Source: a virus
DNA length: 64,000 nucleotides
Virus record (IMG/VR): IMGVR_UViG_3300050144_000109
Location: 1-64,000 of that record
Direction: 5' to 3' (one strand)
The notes beneath the pieces were generated by a model. It saw only the letters and a program-made list of their open reading frames with translations, ran no database searches and was not told where the DNA came from. Positions 7,324 to 17,860 of this stretch are shown here, piece by piece. Both the position numbers and the translations under genes were made by a program. Position 1 is the first letter of the stretch. Each line of letters begins with the position of its first letter.

Positions 7324-8046
7324 ATGATCAACCAAAGCCTGTTCATTTCTGTTGAAGGTGCCGATGGTGCTGGTAAGACCACCGCCTGTCAAGAACTTAA
7401 AGAACTCTTTGAGAGTCGTGGACGAGAAGTGCTCCTGACTCGCCAGCCTGGGGGAACTGAACTCACCGCCAAGATCCGAGAGATTCTGGTCAATGAAGAC
7501 CCGACAGTAGAAGCCATTCACCCCAAGGCACAAATCTTTCTGTTTCTAGCAGATCGAATCCAGCATATTCACCACACGATCCTGCCAGCACTTGCTCAAG
7601 GTAAAGTGGTCATTATAGATCGCTTCATTGACTCCACCATGGTGTTCCAAGGGCTCATGAAAGGACAGAGCAAGCTACTGCATGCGTTGTATGATACACC
7701 TGGTTTTGAGCTGCTCAAACTCCGTCCAGACCACACCATCTTCCTAGATGTATCTCGTGAAGACTCTATCAAGCGATCTGCACACCGTGGTCTGAATGGG
7801 CTTGATAGGATCCACCAAGAAAACAAGAAAGACATTACCCAGATTTGGCGTGAACATGTGGGTAACCTGGCTGCTGCTTACTGGGAAGAAAAAGACGTCA
7901 ATAAAATCATTACTGTCAAAACCAGTGCGCCTAACTCTTACAGTAAAGCAGACGTACACTGCGCACTGTCTGTCACAGTCAGTCGCATCTGCAGGCAACC
8001 CAGCAACCCAATGAACTATTACGCATTGGCCAATCTTCTTAGTTGA
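7324..8046 (+). CDS. tmk: Thymidylate (dTMP) kinase
   Basis: FISVEGADGAGKTT P-loop, TRQPGG, LFLADR, IIDRF..S..VFQG. Confidence 0.95.
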   Translation: MINQSLFISVEGADGAGKTTACQELKELFESRGREVLLTRQPGGTELTAKIREILVNEDPTVEAIHPKAQIFLFLADRIQHIHHTILPALAQGKVVIIDRFIDSTMVFQGLMKGQSKLLHALYDTPGFELLKLRPDHTIFLDVSREDSIKRSAHRGLNGLDRIHQENKKDITQIWREHVGNLAAAYWEEKDVNKIITVKTSAPNSYSKADVHCALSVTVSRICRQPSNPMNYYALANLLS

Positions 8047-8049
8047 GCA

Positions 8050-8107
8050 CATAAACTCCCTTACCCCTTGTACCTTTTGATTGGTACAGGAGGCAAGGGG
8101 TGTTATG
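8050..8107. terminator. Bidirectional hairpin with CATAA/TTATG flanks
   Basis: Imperfect inverted repeat between convergent genes. Confidence 0.65.
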
Positions 8108-8116
8108 ACGCTTAAG

Positions 8117-9472
8117 TCATTCTGTAAAGTCTTTCAAATTGGTAAACACATACAGCTGTGAATTAGAGCTGTGTTTGATTGTATTCATCTCACCTACCTT
8201 GACTACACGGTGGATCCCAGCCAAGACAATCCCATAAGCTTCTTTCATGACTTCGTGGTCCAAGTAAATCACACGCACCACCATGCCAGGAAAGATCAAG
8301 TTAGGGTTGGAGTTCTCCCAATTCATCTTGAATAAACCACCTCGGCGTGCAGCCAAGTCAGTATAGTGCTGAAACGGATTAGAGGTCACTCTATCCTTAG
8401 TCACTGGTGCGAAGTTAATACCATCCTCACGCCCAATGAACATGAATTCATTGTTGTTCTTCTTTCGGCTCACAATCGTTTTATTTCCACTGGTGGTACC
8501 AAAGTCCTCCATGACCTTGCTGGCCTCCGTAAAGCGCACTCCAGAGCCTTGTGTGATGAACTGTATGTCATTGTCACCACGGAAGTCTGTCTCTGTAGTC
8601 GTCACAATCACCAGTGAGTCTCCAAGAACTCTATATGTTCTTTCTACTTCTGGAAACTTCTTCTTCGGTAACACATACACCGTCAGTGTTTTCTTTGCGT
8701 CATTGAATCGTCCTGTGTCGTACATGGAGAAGATATACCAGTTGTTACCCTGGATATAACTTCCCAACCCAGAGTTATAGACCCCATGTTTCTTCTGTAA
8801 GAACCCAGGGAAGTCTACCAAGCGAAGACCGTGTTTGACAATGACCTGCTCAATGATATTGCTATTGTCAGGAGGAATCAAATCCACACCTTTGATGTTG
8901 AACTTATCACCTGTCTTGACTTCATTGGTGATGGTGGTGATGGCTGTCAGCAATAGCTCACTCAGCTTGGTTTTTCTATAAGTGCCACCAATGGTGGCTG
9001 TCATGATCTTCTCATTGGCTTTTGTAAACAGTTGAAACTTGACTTTGAGAATATCTTGCAAGTCCAAAGACCACTCGTCTTTGGTTTCTGTACCCTCTAG
9101 TTCAGCCACTGCTTTCTTGTCTTCAATAAGTAGCGCCATGAACCGCTGACTCTCAATGGGCTTTTCTTCATCCCATACGTCAGTGTTCTCTAATAGAGGA
9201 ACACGCATCAGTGTGATTTGCAAGTGATTTCGATTAGGGTAAATCTTCTTAGCGTACTTACCCAACGGGATATCAAACGTGCAACTCATTTCATCAGCAA
9301 AGCCGTTCATGTAATCACGGCGTAAATCGACCGTGATCACTTGCAACGGATCGTAAGTTGTTCCATTCAAATCCAAGTGAATAAGCGCTCTATAGTAGAG
9401 CTGAGAATTCTTATCGCACTTGGTCAATACATCCAAGAATTCTAGATAGAGTGGGCTGTCTTCAATTTCCAT
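8117..9472 (-). CDS. Virion structural protein (possible baseplate hub, phiKZ gp101-like)
   Basis: Position in the virion block; beta-rich with C-terminal PGMVV motif; assignment by synteny. Confidence 0.55.
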   Translation of the reverse strand: MEIEDSPLYLEFLDVLTKCDKNSQLYYRALIHLDLNGTTYDPLQVITVDLRRDYMNGFADEMSCTFDIPLGKYAKKIYPNRNHLQITLMRVPLLENTDVWDEEKPIESQRFMALLIEDKKAVAELEGTETKDEWSLDLQDILKVKFQLFTKANEKIMTATIGGTYRKTKLSELLLTAITTITNEVKTGDKFNIKGVDLIPPDNSNIIEQVIVKHGLRLVDFPGFLQKKHGVYNSGLGSYIQGNNWYIFSMYDTGRFNDAKKTLTVYVLPKKKFPEVERTYRVLGDSLVIVTTTETDFRGDNDIQFITQGSGVRFTEASKVMEDFGTTSGNKTIVSRKKNNNEFMFIGREDGINFAPVTKDRVTSNPFQHYTDLAARRGGLFKMNWENSNPNLIFPGMVVRVIYLDHEVMKEAYGIVLAGIHRVVKVGEMNTIKHSSNSQLYVFTNLKDFTE

Positions 9473-9475
9473 GGT

Positions 9476-10069
9476 TTATAGTCCTCGACCATTGAAGTAG
9501 TGTTTAGAGAAGAACTCCTCAGAACCAGCATGGCGCTTGACATCTTGAGGAAGCCTCTCCTGCACCTCTTGGCGCTCTCTGACGACCACTGCAGTTTTAG
9601 AGGCAGCAGGTGCAAAAGCAGTTCTCGACTTGGTTGCAATTCTGGCCAACTTAGGCACGAAGTAATCTTCTTTAAAATGCTCTACCGCATGGTCATAAAC
9701 CTTGGAAGCCAAGCGATCCAATTGAACCAAGTCGTCTACCGGAATCGAGTCTACGTTGATGCTGTTTTCAATGTGTAACTTCCAACCGTTCAAGTAAGCA
9801 CTGATGATGTCATAGATCTCTTTGGTGTCCGCATGGTTGCGCACATAAAACACAGTGCCTGACTTGAACATCTCCACCATGGTGTTCACAGTGGTCCACT
9901 TGTCCACCAGATCGTTGTGCAAGCGCTTGTCAATCTCAGCGTTACCCGTACCTACTAGGCCGTACTTTCTAACGTCTTCAACGCTCATAGAGTCTCTGTA
10001 AGTCGTAGAGCACATGTAGTAACGTTGGAACAAAGGTTCTGCCAGTTTAGCCAATTCTAATTGATTCAT
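9476..10069 (-). CDS. Conserved phiKZ-like hypothetical protein
   Basis: Intact ORF in operon. Confidence 0.75.
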   Translation of the reverse strand: MNQLELAKLAEPLFQRYYMCSTTYRDSMSVEDVRKYGLVGTGNAEIDKRLHNDLVDKWTTVNTMVEMFKSGTVFYVRNHADTKEIYDIISAYLNGWKLHIENSINVDSIPVDDLVQLDRLASKVYDHAVEHFKEDYFVPKLARIATKSRTAFAPAASKTAVVVRERQEVQERLPQDVKRHAGSEEFFSKHYFNGRGL

Positions 10070-10073
10070 GGTA

Positions 10074-11597
10074 TCAAAGTCCTCTCACCGTAGATTTGAT
10101 CAACAACAAAAGCAAAGGGATATAGTAGTACTGCTCCAGCACTCCCCAGCTAGTCACTACCTTGACGGTATTCACTAGTTGCTCTACATCCACTTTCTTA
10201 TTGTCCAGATAATCCCAAATCAAAAGTTCTAGCGTGCTCATGTTCTCTGAGCGCTCATAAAAGCTCCGACTCAGTACGTAGTAGTCATCCGCAGCCACAG
10301 GTTTGATGTTGCCCATGTTGACCAAGGTAGCCTCTTTGGTATTCCAAGACTTGTAGAAACTCCAACGAGGATCTTGCAGTTGCACAGACCATGCATAAGG
10401 ATTTTCAGCAGGAGTAGGATCTAATTCCTCATCTTCCACGCCTGTAGAGCCTGTAGGCTGCCCTGCTGGGGCTGGATAATGCACACTTGGTGTAGGAGTC
10501 GTCTTCTCAAACCCCACCAATGAGATTTCCTTACCAAAATCATCCTCATCGTTGTCAGAATCAAAATCACTACCATCCGCACCGAGTACGGCATCAGTCG
10601 GGTAAACGATTCTCTTGAAACCAGAATACTTCAGCCCATACATCAAAGGCTCGTTGAAGAAAAGCACGCAGTCCACCAAACCTACACGCTTGAAACATGT
10701 ATTCAAATGAAACTCGTTTCTGCTGAGCAGCACAGTCCAAAGACTATCAGATTTCAATAAGGGGTCGTCCTCCACATTAAGCTTCTTCAGTTGAATTAAC
10801 TCAGGTGCTTGATCGGTTGAAAACATCTTGGTTAGAAAATCAACCAGGAATCCATCGTAGGTAGCTTCTGACTGACCAGGAATGGTGAGTGTCATGAACT
10901 CTCTAGAGAAGAACCGCTTGAAGTAGTACCTCAGCAAGGTATAAAACTTCTCTTCCAATTGACCATAAGCCAAGTAGTCAGACTTCACCACCAATGGGTT
11001 CTGACCGTAGCTAATGAAACTCTTGATGTAGTAGTAAGTCTGAACGACCTTCTTCTTTAGATCATTGATCTTGTCAGTGGCTTCTGTGTCGATACTATAA
11101 ACAATCTCATAGCAGGCTTGCTTCGATACGCTTTTCTTATTGGTCGCAGTGACACGAAATACCGAAGACCTCCCATCCATGGTGGAAGCAATGAACATGT
11201 CGCCTTCATTTGGAATGATGAAGGGGTAGAGCATAGCGGTACCTTCTACACGCATTGCTTTGGTTGCATCATCCTGACTCGCACTCAGAGGGGTTGTGAC
11301 TTTGACTTCACAATCTCGAATCAAGTTGTAAGACTGGTAAACACCACTTGCAGAGAGTTGCTGACCAGACAAATCAGAGTCCGTTGTGATGACCTGTGCA
11401 TAGTAGTCAATGGACCAGCTAGATCCTTCGATGTGCGTGAGCAAATTGCTCTTTGGCATCCAGGCTAAGTCAATGGTGGTGGTCTTGTAACGGGGCTCAG
11501 AGACTTGAAGTGTAGCGACTTCTGATGCAGGTGCCACGTCTGGCTTTGGAGTGACCAGCGCTTTTCTTTCAGAATTGGAATTGGTAATGAGAGCCAT
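10074..11597 (-). CDS. Virion structural protein (phiKZ-like)
   Basis: LLTHIEGSSWSIDYY, PNEGDMFIA motifs typical of this block. Confidence 0.7.
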   Translation of the reverse strand: MALITNSNSERKALVTPKPDVAPASEVATLQVSEPRYKTTTIDLAWMPKSNLLTHIEGSSWSIDYYAQVITTDSDLSGQQLSASGVYQSYNLIRDCEVKVTTPLSASQDDATKAMRVEGTAMLYPFIIPNEGDMFIASTMDGRSSVFRVTATNKKSVSKQACYEIVYSIDTEATDKINDLKKKVVQTYYYIKSFISYGQNPLVVKSDYLAYGQLEEKFYTLLRYYFKRFFSREFMTLTIPGQSEATYDGFLVDFLTKMFSTDQAPELIQLKKLNVEDDPLLKSDSLWTVLLSRNEFHLNTCFKRVGLVDCVLFFNEPLMYGLKYSGFKRIVYPTDAVLGADGSDFDSDNDEDDFGKEISLVGFEKTTPTPSVHYPAPAGQPTGSTGVEDEELDPTPAENPYAWSVQLQDPRWSFYKSWNTKEATLVNMGNIKPVAADDYYVLSRSFYERSENMSTLELLIWDYLDNKKVDVEQLVNTVKVVTSWGVLEQYYYIPLLLLLIKSTVRGL

Positions 11598-11602
11598 GGT
11601 AG

Positions 11603-13147
11603 TTATTTCCTTGACAAGCCTAAGAAATTAGTCTTGGTGTAAAACGAAGTGATGAAGTGGATGTTGGCATTGCGCATGTAGTCCGCAGGAAGCGTTTTGC
11701 CAGTGATCAAAGTCACCGCAGTCTCTGACAGCATGTTCTTACTGACGTCCTTCCTAGAGCCGTTGAAACCGCGAATAGAGGCATTGATGGCACCCATCAC
11801 TTTCAACCCTACCTCAGGGCTGTTCTGCAAGCGTCTAATCACATCCAGTACCAAGTACCTGAAGTCAGTCACCAACCCCATGCGCACATGGTAGACCTTC
11901 CTCAGATCCAGGTCAAACGTAGCCTGTACATTCAAGTTAGCATCTACGCTCAAGCTTCCAGACTCCATCAACTCGTGACCAGAATAAAGACTCAGCGAGA
12001 AGATGCTCTTGAAGTCTTTACCCAGATGCATGTATTCTGTTTTCAAGAAGTTAAGAATCACTGGATCTAAATTGAAATCACCCAAGTCAGACAGGTTGAA
12101 GAGGTTGCGCAAGTCAGAAGGCGTCACAGCCGCCAATGCAGTAAACACTTTCACGGTACTGGGCAATACGGAGCTAGGAACAAACTCATCAAAGACAGGA
12201 ATGTTCACCCCCTCATAACTCTTACTCCTAAGGATCCGGTTGTCACTCTCAAAGTAAGCATAAGCGAGCCCACTCAAACTGTAGCTGAGTTGCTGGTCAT
12301 CTAACTTGTAGTCCTTTTCATCAGGACGGTACTTCTGATCCAGCAACTGGTTGTGCACGACCAAAGGGTAGTCCATGTAACACGCCACGGGTTTCTGGTA
12401 AGTGAAGTTGTATGTAAATCCAATCCCCCAGTTGTCATGCTCTTCTTCACGGTCTCCTTTCTCAGGAGCGCCCTCAAAGTCGTAGTAGCCCTGTACACGA
12501 ACCTGATGCTCCTTGACAGCCCACTCCGTCACGGAGCCAGACATGTTGCTAATCAAAGAACAATTCGTAGTCAAGTGACCAGTGAAGTACTCACTCAAAC
12601 TCTCACCATAGCCACCCTGACTCTCACGCAAACGGTGGATCTCTGCCACAATGTTGAGAAACGCCTTTGGAATAGTGAAATGGTAATCGATCTCATGCAA
12701 GTTGATGTCGCGCATCATGGAAGCACGCATGCGCATTTCATTTCTCCACTTGGTCGCTTCATTCTTATCCCTGGTTCGATACTTGAATGTAATTGCCACC
12801 TTGCTCATGGAGTATGCGGGCCGCATCATCACACCCAGTGCAGCGTCTGAGAAGAAGGGCCTGTACTCAGGGCGACCCACAGGCGTCGAGAGAATCGTTT
12901 CAAGGTTATAGTCTTCCTGCACTTCAATGATGACGCGCTCATCGTAAGGCCAGCGGTTCTCCCCTACGGGATTACCAGAATCCATCGTAGAGTTTTGCTG
13001 AGAAGCTTTCCCATCAATACCAAAATAATTGATAGGAGTCTGACTAGAGATGTGTGTGATCTCCATGATGTCTCTGACAATCCCAGTGATCACTGGTCTG
13101 TCCACACTCCAGTTTAAATTACTGGTTGGAAGCATTACTTTAGGCAT
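11603..13147 (-). CDS. Virion structural protein (phiKZ-like)
   Basis: Long ORF in the virion operon. Confidence 0.7.
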   Translation of the reverse strand: MPKVMLPTSNLNWSVDRPVITGIVRDIMEITHISSQTPINYFGIDGKASQQNSTMDSGNPVGENRWPYDERVIIEVQEDYNLETILSTPVGRPEYRPFFSDAALGVMMRPAYSMSKVAITFKYRTRDKNEATKWRNEMRMRASMMRDINLHEIDYHFTIPKAFLNIVAEIHRLRESQGGYGESLSEYFTGHLTTNCSLISNMSGSVTEWAVKEHQVRVQGYYDFEGAPEKGDREEEHDNWGIGFTYNFTYQKPVACYMDYPLVVHNQLLDQKYRPDEKDYKLDDQQLSYSLSGLAYAYFESDNRILRSKSYEGVNIPVFDEFVPSSVLPSTVKVFTALAAVTPSDLRNLFNLSDLGDFNLDPVILNFLKTEYMHLGKDFKSIFSLSLYSGHELMESGSLSVDANLNVQATFDLDLRKVYHVRMGLVTDFRYLVLDVIRRLQNSPEVGLKVMGAINASIRGFNGSRKDVSKNMLSETAVTLITGKTLPADYMRNANIHFITSFYTKTNFLGLSRK

Positions 13148-13255
13148 GTAGAGTTCTCTTTGTCCAAGGCTTGTTTAAAACGTCAAACAATTGTTCACGT
13201 CAGAATACAACACTGGTGGCATCTGGGGTGTCCAGAGCTACCAGTGTTGTATAGA

Positions 13256-13543
13256 TCAGACAAGACCGTACAGGGCATCCTCAGGATCAACCCCTTGTTC
13301 AATCAAAATAACTTTAGCGATTTCGATCATTTCATTCCATCCAGGGACGTCATCTCTCCACTGGTAGGTAGTTCTCAATAAAGCTGCAAGATGTTCCCCA
13401 GACAAAGGTCGGTCAATCAAATCCAACAGATTTAAATTAACCGCACCCTTTTCAATTATAAAGTCAAGCACCGCTTCAACGGTCTCGCTAATGCTGTCGA
13501 CGTCTGTGGGTGCTGAAGGATTATAGAGGTGTACTTCCCACAT
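13256..13543 (-). CDS. Small hypothetical protein
   Basis: 95-aa ORF directly after the 13550 gene. Confidence 0.65.
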   Translation of the reverse strand: MWEVHLYNPSAPTDVDSISETVEAVLDFIIEKGAVNLNLLDLIDRPLSGEHLAALLRTTYQWRDDVPGWNEMIEIAKVILIEQGVDPEDALYGLV

Positions 13544-13549
13544 GGTGAT

Positions 13550-14767
13550 TTAACTGCGACCAGTCTTAGTAGACTCTTCGATGTATTTTACAGCCGCTAG
13601 ACAGATATGATCTCTAAGTATCAGCACACTGTAGATCTCGTTGACCAAATCATACATTCGGCGCAGTGCTTTATAAGCTGCACGCATGTCTGAGTGAGCT
13701 GCTCCAGCAAGCATCATGGTTCCTGGGCTGATGAACACGCTATTTGTTGCAGTGGCTGCCAACCCCCCACTAAGACCAACTGCTAAGCCGCCTGCTCTAA
13801 AGAACATAGAGTTAATAAGTATCCAAATCTGTGTAATTTCACTGGCTTGACAAAATCTATTTACAGCCCTTTCTAAGGCATTGTTTGTTAAGCACTCCTC
13901 AGCTATTTTTTGTAATTTATCTTTTTCGTTCTGACTCAACGGCTTTGCATAAGCTTCATTGTTCTTGAATCGATGTATTGAAGTCGTCTCCAATTTTAAT
14001 TCTTCTAGATACTTATCGGCCTCATCTACCACATCTAAGATTTCATCGGTGGCAGATTGCTTAGAAAAAAACCAACAATCTCTTACTGAATCTTCAACCT
14101 GTCCCATCCATTTCGTTGCGGTCCCCACATACCCCACAAACTTGCTGTTGGTGATAATTTTCTCAGCAGCAGTCATGTACTTGATCGCAATGCTACCGTC
14201 TAAAACACTCTTGCCGTCTCTGTTCAAGCGATTACCCCAGCCACCGCACTTGATTTCCTTAGAGGTGTCTTGCGCCCCACGGTTATCGTATCGGGTGCCA
14301 GCTTCCACCAAACGCTTTTTCAAACCCTTAGTGGAAGTGAACATATTAGAGAGCCTGAACTTGATGTCATCAATCAAACCTTCTTGGGCCACAGAGATTG
14401 ATTTCCCCAATTTCACTTGCATGTCTCGGATGCTACTTGATAATTCCTCAGAAGCTTTTATTCTAGAAGATTCATTAGAGAAGTTTTCAGTAGAGACTTT
14501 AAAGGATTTACTGAATCCACAGCGAATCCGGATGGACTCTACCGCCAGTTCTACAACTATAGCTGTGTTTTCATCTACACCCTGTTTAGAGTTAGAGACA
14601 ATTTCAGCAAGTTTGTTTAATCTTACATGGTCATCAATGGCTTGCTCAATCACATCGGATTGACTCGTACCCCGATCAGCTTGGTTAACATTGTCCAAGA
14701 TTTCAATATCAGTAGCAGCACTGCAGTCATCATCGCAGCCGTCTTGGCTCAAAAGAGAAATGTTCAT
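13550..14767 (-). CDS. Internal head protein paralog
   Basis: Acidic propeptide MNISLL..., ELAVESI..R.G helix, STE/AQE cleavage-like sites. Confidence 0.75.
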   Translation of the reverse strand: MNISLLSQDGCDDDCSAATDIEILDNVNQADRGTSQSDVIEQAIDDHVRLNKLAEIVSNSKQGVDENTAIVVELAVESIRIRCGFSKSFKVSTENFSNESSRIKASEELSSSIRDMQVKLGKSISVAQEGLIDDIKFRLSNMFTSTKGLKKRLVEAGTRYDNRGAQDTSKEIKCGGWGNRLNRDGKSVLDGSIAIKYMTAAEKIITNSKFVGYVGTATKWMGQVEDSVRDCWFFSKQSATDEILDVVDEADKYLEELKLETTSIHRFKNNEAYAKPLSQNEKDKLQKIAEECLTNNALERAVNRFCQASEITQIWILINSMFFRAGGLAVGLSGGLAATATNSVFISPGTMMLAGAAHSDMRAAYKALRRMYDLVNEIYSVLILRDHICLAAVKYIEESTKTGRS

Positions 14768-14848
14768 TTCTTTACCTCAAAAATACAAAGCAACAGAAAG
14801 AGGAGACCTTTCGGCCCCCTCTTTCTTAAAAGAACCTAACGAATTAGA

Positions 14849-16189
14849 TTACTTCTTTTCTTCCGAACCAGCGGCTTCCTTGCCAATCAGCGACAGCGAA
14901 GCTGCTGCGTAATTCAGGCCGGAGTTACCGATGTTCAGCAGCATCTTGTTGCTTTGAACCATGTAGGTCGTAGCAGCACTGATTGCAACGCGGGCAACAC
15001 GGGCACCAGCGCCAGCATTGGCTTGCGCGTCACCCTTGGTGTTGGCGGACAGCTTCTTGGCATAATCCTGCAGCTTCTTTTGTGCAGTGTTCAGCTTTTC
15101 GACAGCGCCCTTGGCATTGATCAGGCCAGTGGCCAGGTCTTCCACGTCACCGCACAGATCAGCAGCTTCCTTGGGCGACAGCGGGGTCATTTCCGTCTTG
15201 GTCAGCGGCTTGCGACCTTCGGCGTCCATGATCGACAGCTTGATGCCGCCAATGTGCTTCAGAACGTCGTCACCCTTGACCGAGTCAGCCAGGCTGATGA
15301 TGACGGCAACCTTGTCGCCAAAGTAGTTTTCGCTGGAGGTTGCCTTCAGGTTTGCATCAAGACCATCAACCTTGCGAGCCTTGCTGAACTTGTTGACGCC
15401 CTTGGCCAGACCTTCAAGAGCCGCCTTGAACTTCTCGCTTTCTTCGATGACAGCAAGAGCGCCTTCGGCTTCTTCAGTCAGCTTGGTAGCTGCTTCAATG
15501 GCCGAGTTCTTGCCCATCACGTCAGCAACCATGCGGCTGAAATTGGCTGAGACATCCTTCGGTTCCGAAACCTTGCCATTCAGACGAAGAGCTTCAGCGA
15601 TGCTTTCGCTTTCAACCTTGGCATCAGCAGCAGCAGTTTTACCTTCCTTGGCATCAGCAGCTTCCTTGATCTTGGTCGCGCGGTTCTTCAGCTTGGTCGC
15701 GCCGTCAAACAGACTGGCGAAGAACTTCTTGACCCATTCGATAGCAGTGTTGAATGCCTTGACGATGGCGTCCCAAATCTTACCAGCGGTTTCCTTGATG
15801 TCTTCCAGTGCAACTCGGGTAGCCTGGGCACGGGTCGTCTTGCTCTTGAAGCCTTCCATGGCAAACGTCTTGCGCTTACCCATGCCGATGCGGCTCTTCA
15901 TGTGTTCCACAGCAATGCGGATGGCTTCAGCAGCCGGTTCAGTCAGACCACCTTCAGCTTGAGCAGCTTCGATCGGACCAGCCATGGCGTCCAGGGTCTC
16001 GGCCACTTCTTCAGCTTCAGCAGCAGCAGCGTCAGCGTCTTGCAGGTCGCCAGCGACTTCGTTGGCTTCAGCGATTTCCGGCTCCGGCGAATCAGCAATG
16101 GTGTCAAGGGTCGCATCGGTAGCTTCCGGCGTGACTTCTTCAGCAGCACCAATCTCTTCACCAAGCAGGGCAATGTTAAAACGGGACAT
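14849..16189 (-). CDS. Abundant internal head / inner-body protein (phiKZ gp93-97 family)
   Basis: Start MSRFNIALL at 16189; acidic Ala-rich propeptide, AME/ALE sites, IWDAI..W.K.FF helix; strong codon bias. Confidence 0.8.
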   Translation of the reverse strand: MSRFNIALLGEEIGAAEEVTPEATDATLDTIADSPEPEIAEANEVAGDLQDADAAAAEAEEVAETLDAMAGPIEAAQAEGGLTEPAAEAIRIAVEHMKSRIGMGKRKTFAMEGFKSKTTRAQATRVALEDIKETAGKIWDAIVKAFNTAIEWVKKFFASLFDGATKLKNRATKIKEAADAKEGKTAAADAKVESESIAEALRLNGKVSEPKDVSANFSRMVADVMGKNSAIEAATKLTEEAEGALAVIEESEKFKAALEGLAKGVNKFSKARKVDGLDANLKATSSENYFGDKVAVIISLADSVKGDDVLKHIGGIKLSIMDAEGRKPLTKTEMTPLSPKEAADLCGDVEDLATGLINAKGAVEKLNTAQKKLQDYAKKLSANTKGDAQANAGAGARVARVAISAATTYMVQSNKMLLNIGNSGLNYAAASLSLIGKEAAGSEEKK

Positions 16190-16324
16190 GTGGAGTACTC
16201 CAATAAAAAGAAAACAAACGTTTGTGAAACAGGAACCAGACGACAATTGTCACAGTATGTATAAAAACATACTAGACTAAATACATGTCTTTCTCAGACT
16301 TCAAGCATAAGATTAATCGATTAG

Positions 16325-17848
16325 TCATTCAGGCATGTTGGCTAAAATCGGATTTAGCTGCTCACAACGCACAATGTACGCCAGTAGATTGGAATTTAGG
16401 CCCTCTGTGTATTTCACTAAGTCAACACAAAATTTAACCTGAGAGGAATGAATCATTTTTATTAAAGTCTTTATTTTTTCTTGAGCAGAAGCGGGGGCAT
16501 TTTTGTCTTCGTTTTCAGCACCTTTTCGCATCATTCTTATCTCTTTCGAGATTTCATCAAGAATTTGTATAAGGTCATCTACTTCTTTTTTCGTTAAAAT
16601 TTGGTTGTTTTCTTTAATTAACTTAGAAAGCTCCAAGCACTCCTGAAGAGAAATGACATGTGGTCGACTCTTCTCATTAAAATATTCTTCATCAATTTCA
16701 TCAAATTCCGCTGTCTTGTCAATTCCGCATTTATAGTGATTAGGTACGACTTCTAATTTTTGAGTATCTTGATTTACATATACACAATAATCTCCAAGCA
16801 GTGCACGTGATTCGACAACGTGCCCGCGACCAGCAGCGCCTTGCTTTTTCTGTGCATCAGGTAGTTCAAGCGCCAATTTTTTTATCTGTACTTGGACTTT
16901 TTCAAGCTGATCATCTAGGTCTGAGACATCTGTATTCTCAGCCCCTATATATGCCAGTAGCGTTCTAGCACATTCAAGGGCTCCTTTTGTTTTATTTTTT
17001 ACATTAACATTAAACAACATCTCAAGATATTTGAATGTGTCTAAGTAATGTTTTTTTAGATCTGGACCCGTAAGGCCAAAGCCGGAAATTCTAACATATG
17101 GATAAGTCTTAAATTTAAAGCTAGCCAAGTCATCCCCAACTTTTTTCTTAAATAATTCATCTGCCTCTTCTTTGTCTTTCATTATTTTCTCATGTTCTTT
17201 AAAAATTTCCTTAATTTTTTTATTATCCGCTTCCAGTTGTTCTGCAAAGTCTTTTTGCTCCTTTGCCAATCTCTTCTTTAAATCAATCAGTTTCGGGTCT
17301 TTTTCAGGATCGTATTTGAAAATTGGCTTGTATTCAGAACTGCTTCCCTTCTTCTCCAGCCTGATTTCTATTTCGCAAGCTTTAGAATAAGTACTTGAAC
17401 TCCTCCCAAAAATCATCCCAAAGAAATCCTTGACCCATCCAACCACTTTGTCGATGGCATTAATAATCGCATCCCAAACGGCACCCACAACTTCTTTGAT
17501 GCCCTCCATAGCCTGCTTGATGTTCTTCTTTGGATCACTAGAATAATTTTCCAAACTCAAAGAAGAAAACTTTTTCTTATACCCCAATCTAGCAGTCATG
17601 TGCTCGATCGAGAGCATCAGCGCTTCTGCAGCTTTTGGAGGAATCTGAGCAGTTTCCGAGGAAATAATCTCCTCAATATTTTCTAGAACTGCGCTAGTCT
17701 CAACTGCTTCGCAGATGGACTCACCAGCGGCAACGATGTCTTCCCCCATTTCAAAGATTCTACCCGAATCATCCGGAACGCCATCAGCAACCAACTCAGC
17801 AACCTGGATCTCTTGATCCTCTTGCATGCTCAACAAAGTAATGTTCAC
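16325..17848 (-). CDS. Internal head protein paralog
   Basis: GTG start 17848 (AGGAG + 7 nt) giving MNITLL; SLE/AME sites; VWDAI..W.KDFF. Confidence 0.8.
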   Translation of the reverse strand: MNITLLSMQEDQEIQVAELVADGVPDDSGRIFEMGEDIVAAGESICEAVETSAVLENIEEIISSETAQIPPKAAEALMLSIEHMTARLGYKKKFSSLSLENYSSDPKKNIKQAMEGIKEVVGAVWDAIINAIDKVVGWVKDFFGMIFGRSSSTYSKACEIEIRLEKKGSSSEYKPIFKYDPEKDPKLIDLKKRLAKEQKDFAEQLEADNKKIKEIFKEHEKIMKDKEEADELFKKKVGDDLASFKFKTYPYVRISGFGLTGPDLKKHYLDTFKYLEMLFNVNVKNKTKGALECARTLLAYIGAENTDVSDLDDQLEKVQVQIKKLALELPDAQKKQGAAGRGHVVESRALLGDYCVYVNQDTQKLEVVPNHYKCGIDKTAEFDEIDEEYFNEKSRPHVISLQECLELSKLIKENNQILTKKEVDDLIQILDEISKEIRMMRKGAENEDKNAPASAQEKIKTLIKMIHSSQVKFCVDLVKYTEGLNSNLLAYIVRCEQLNPILANMPE

Positions 17849-17860
17849 AACCAAACTCCT

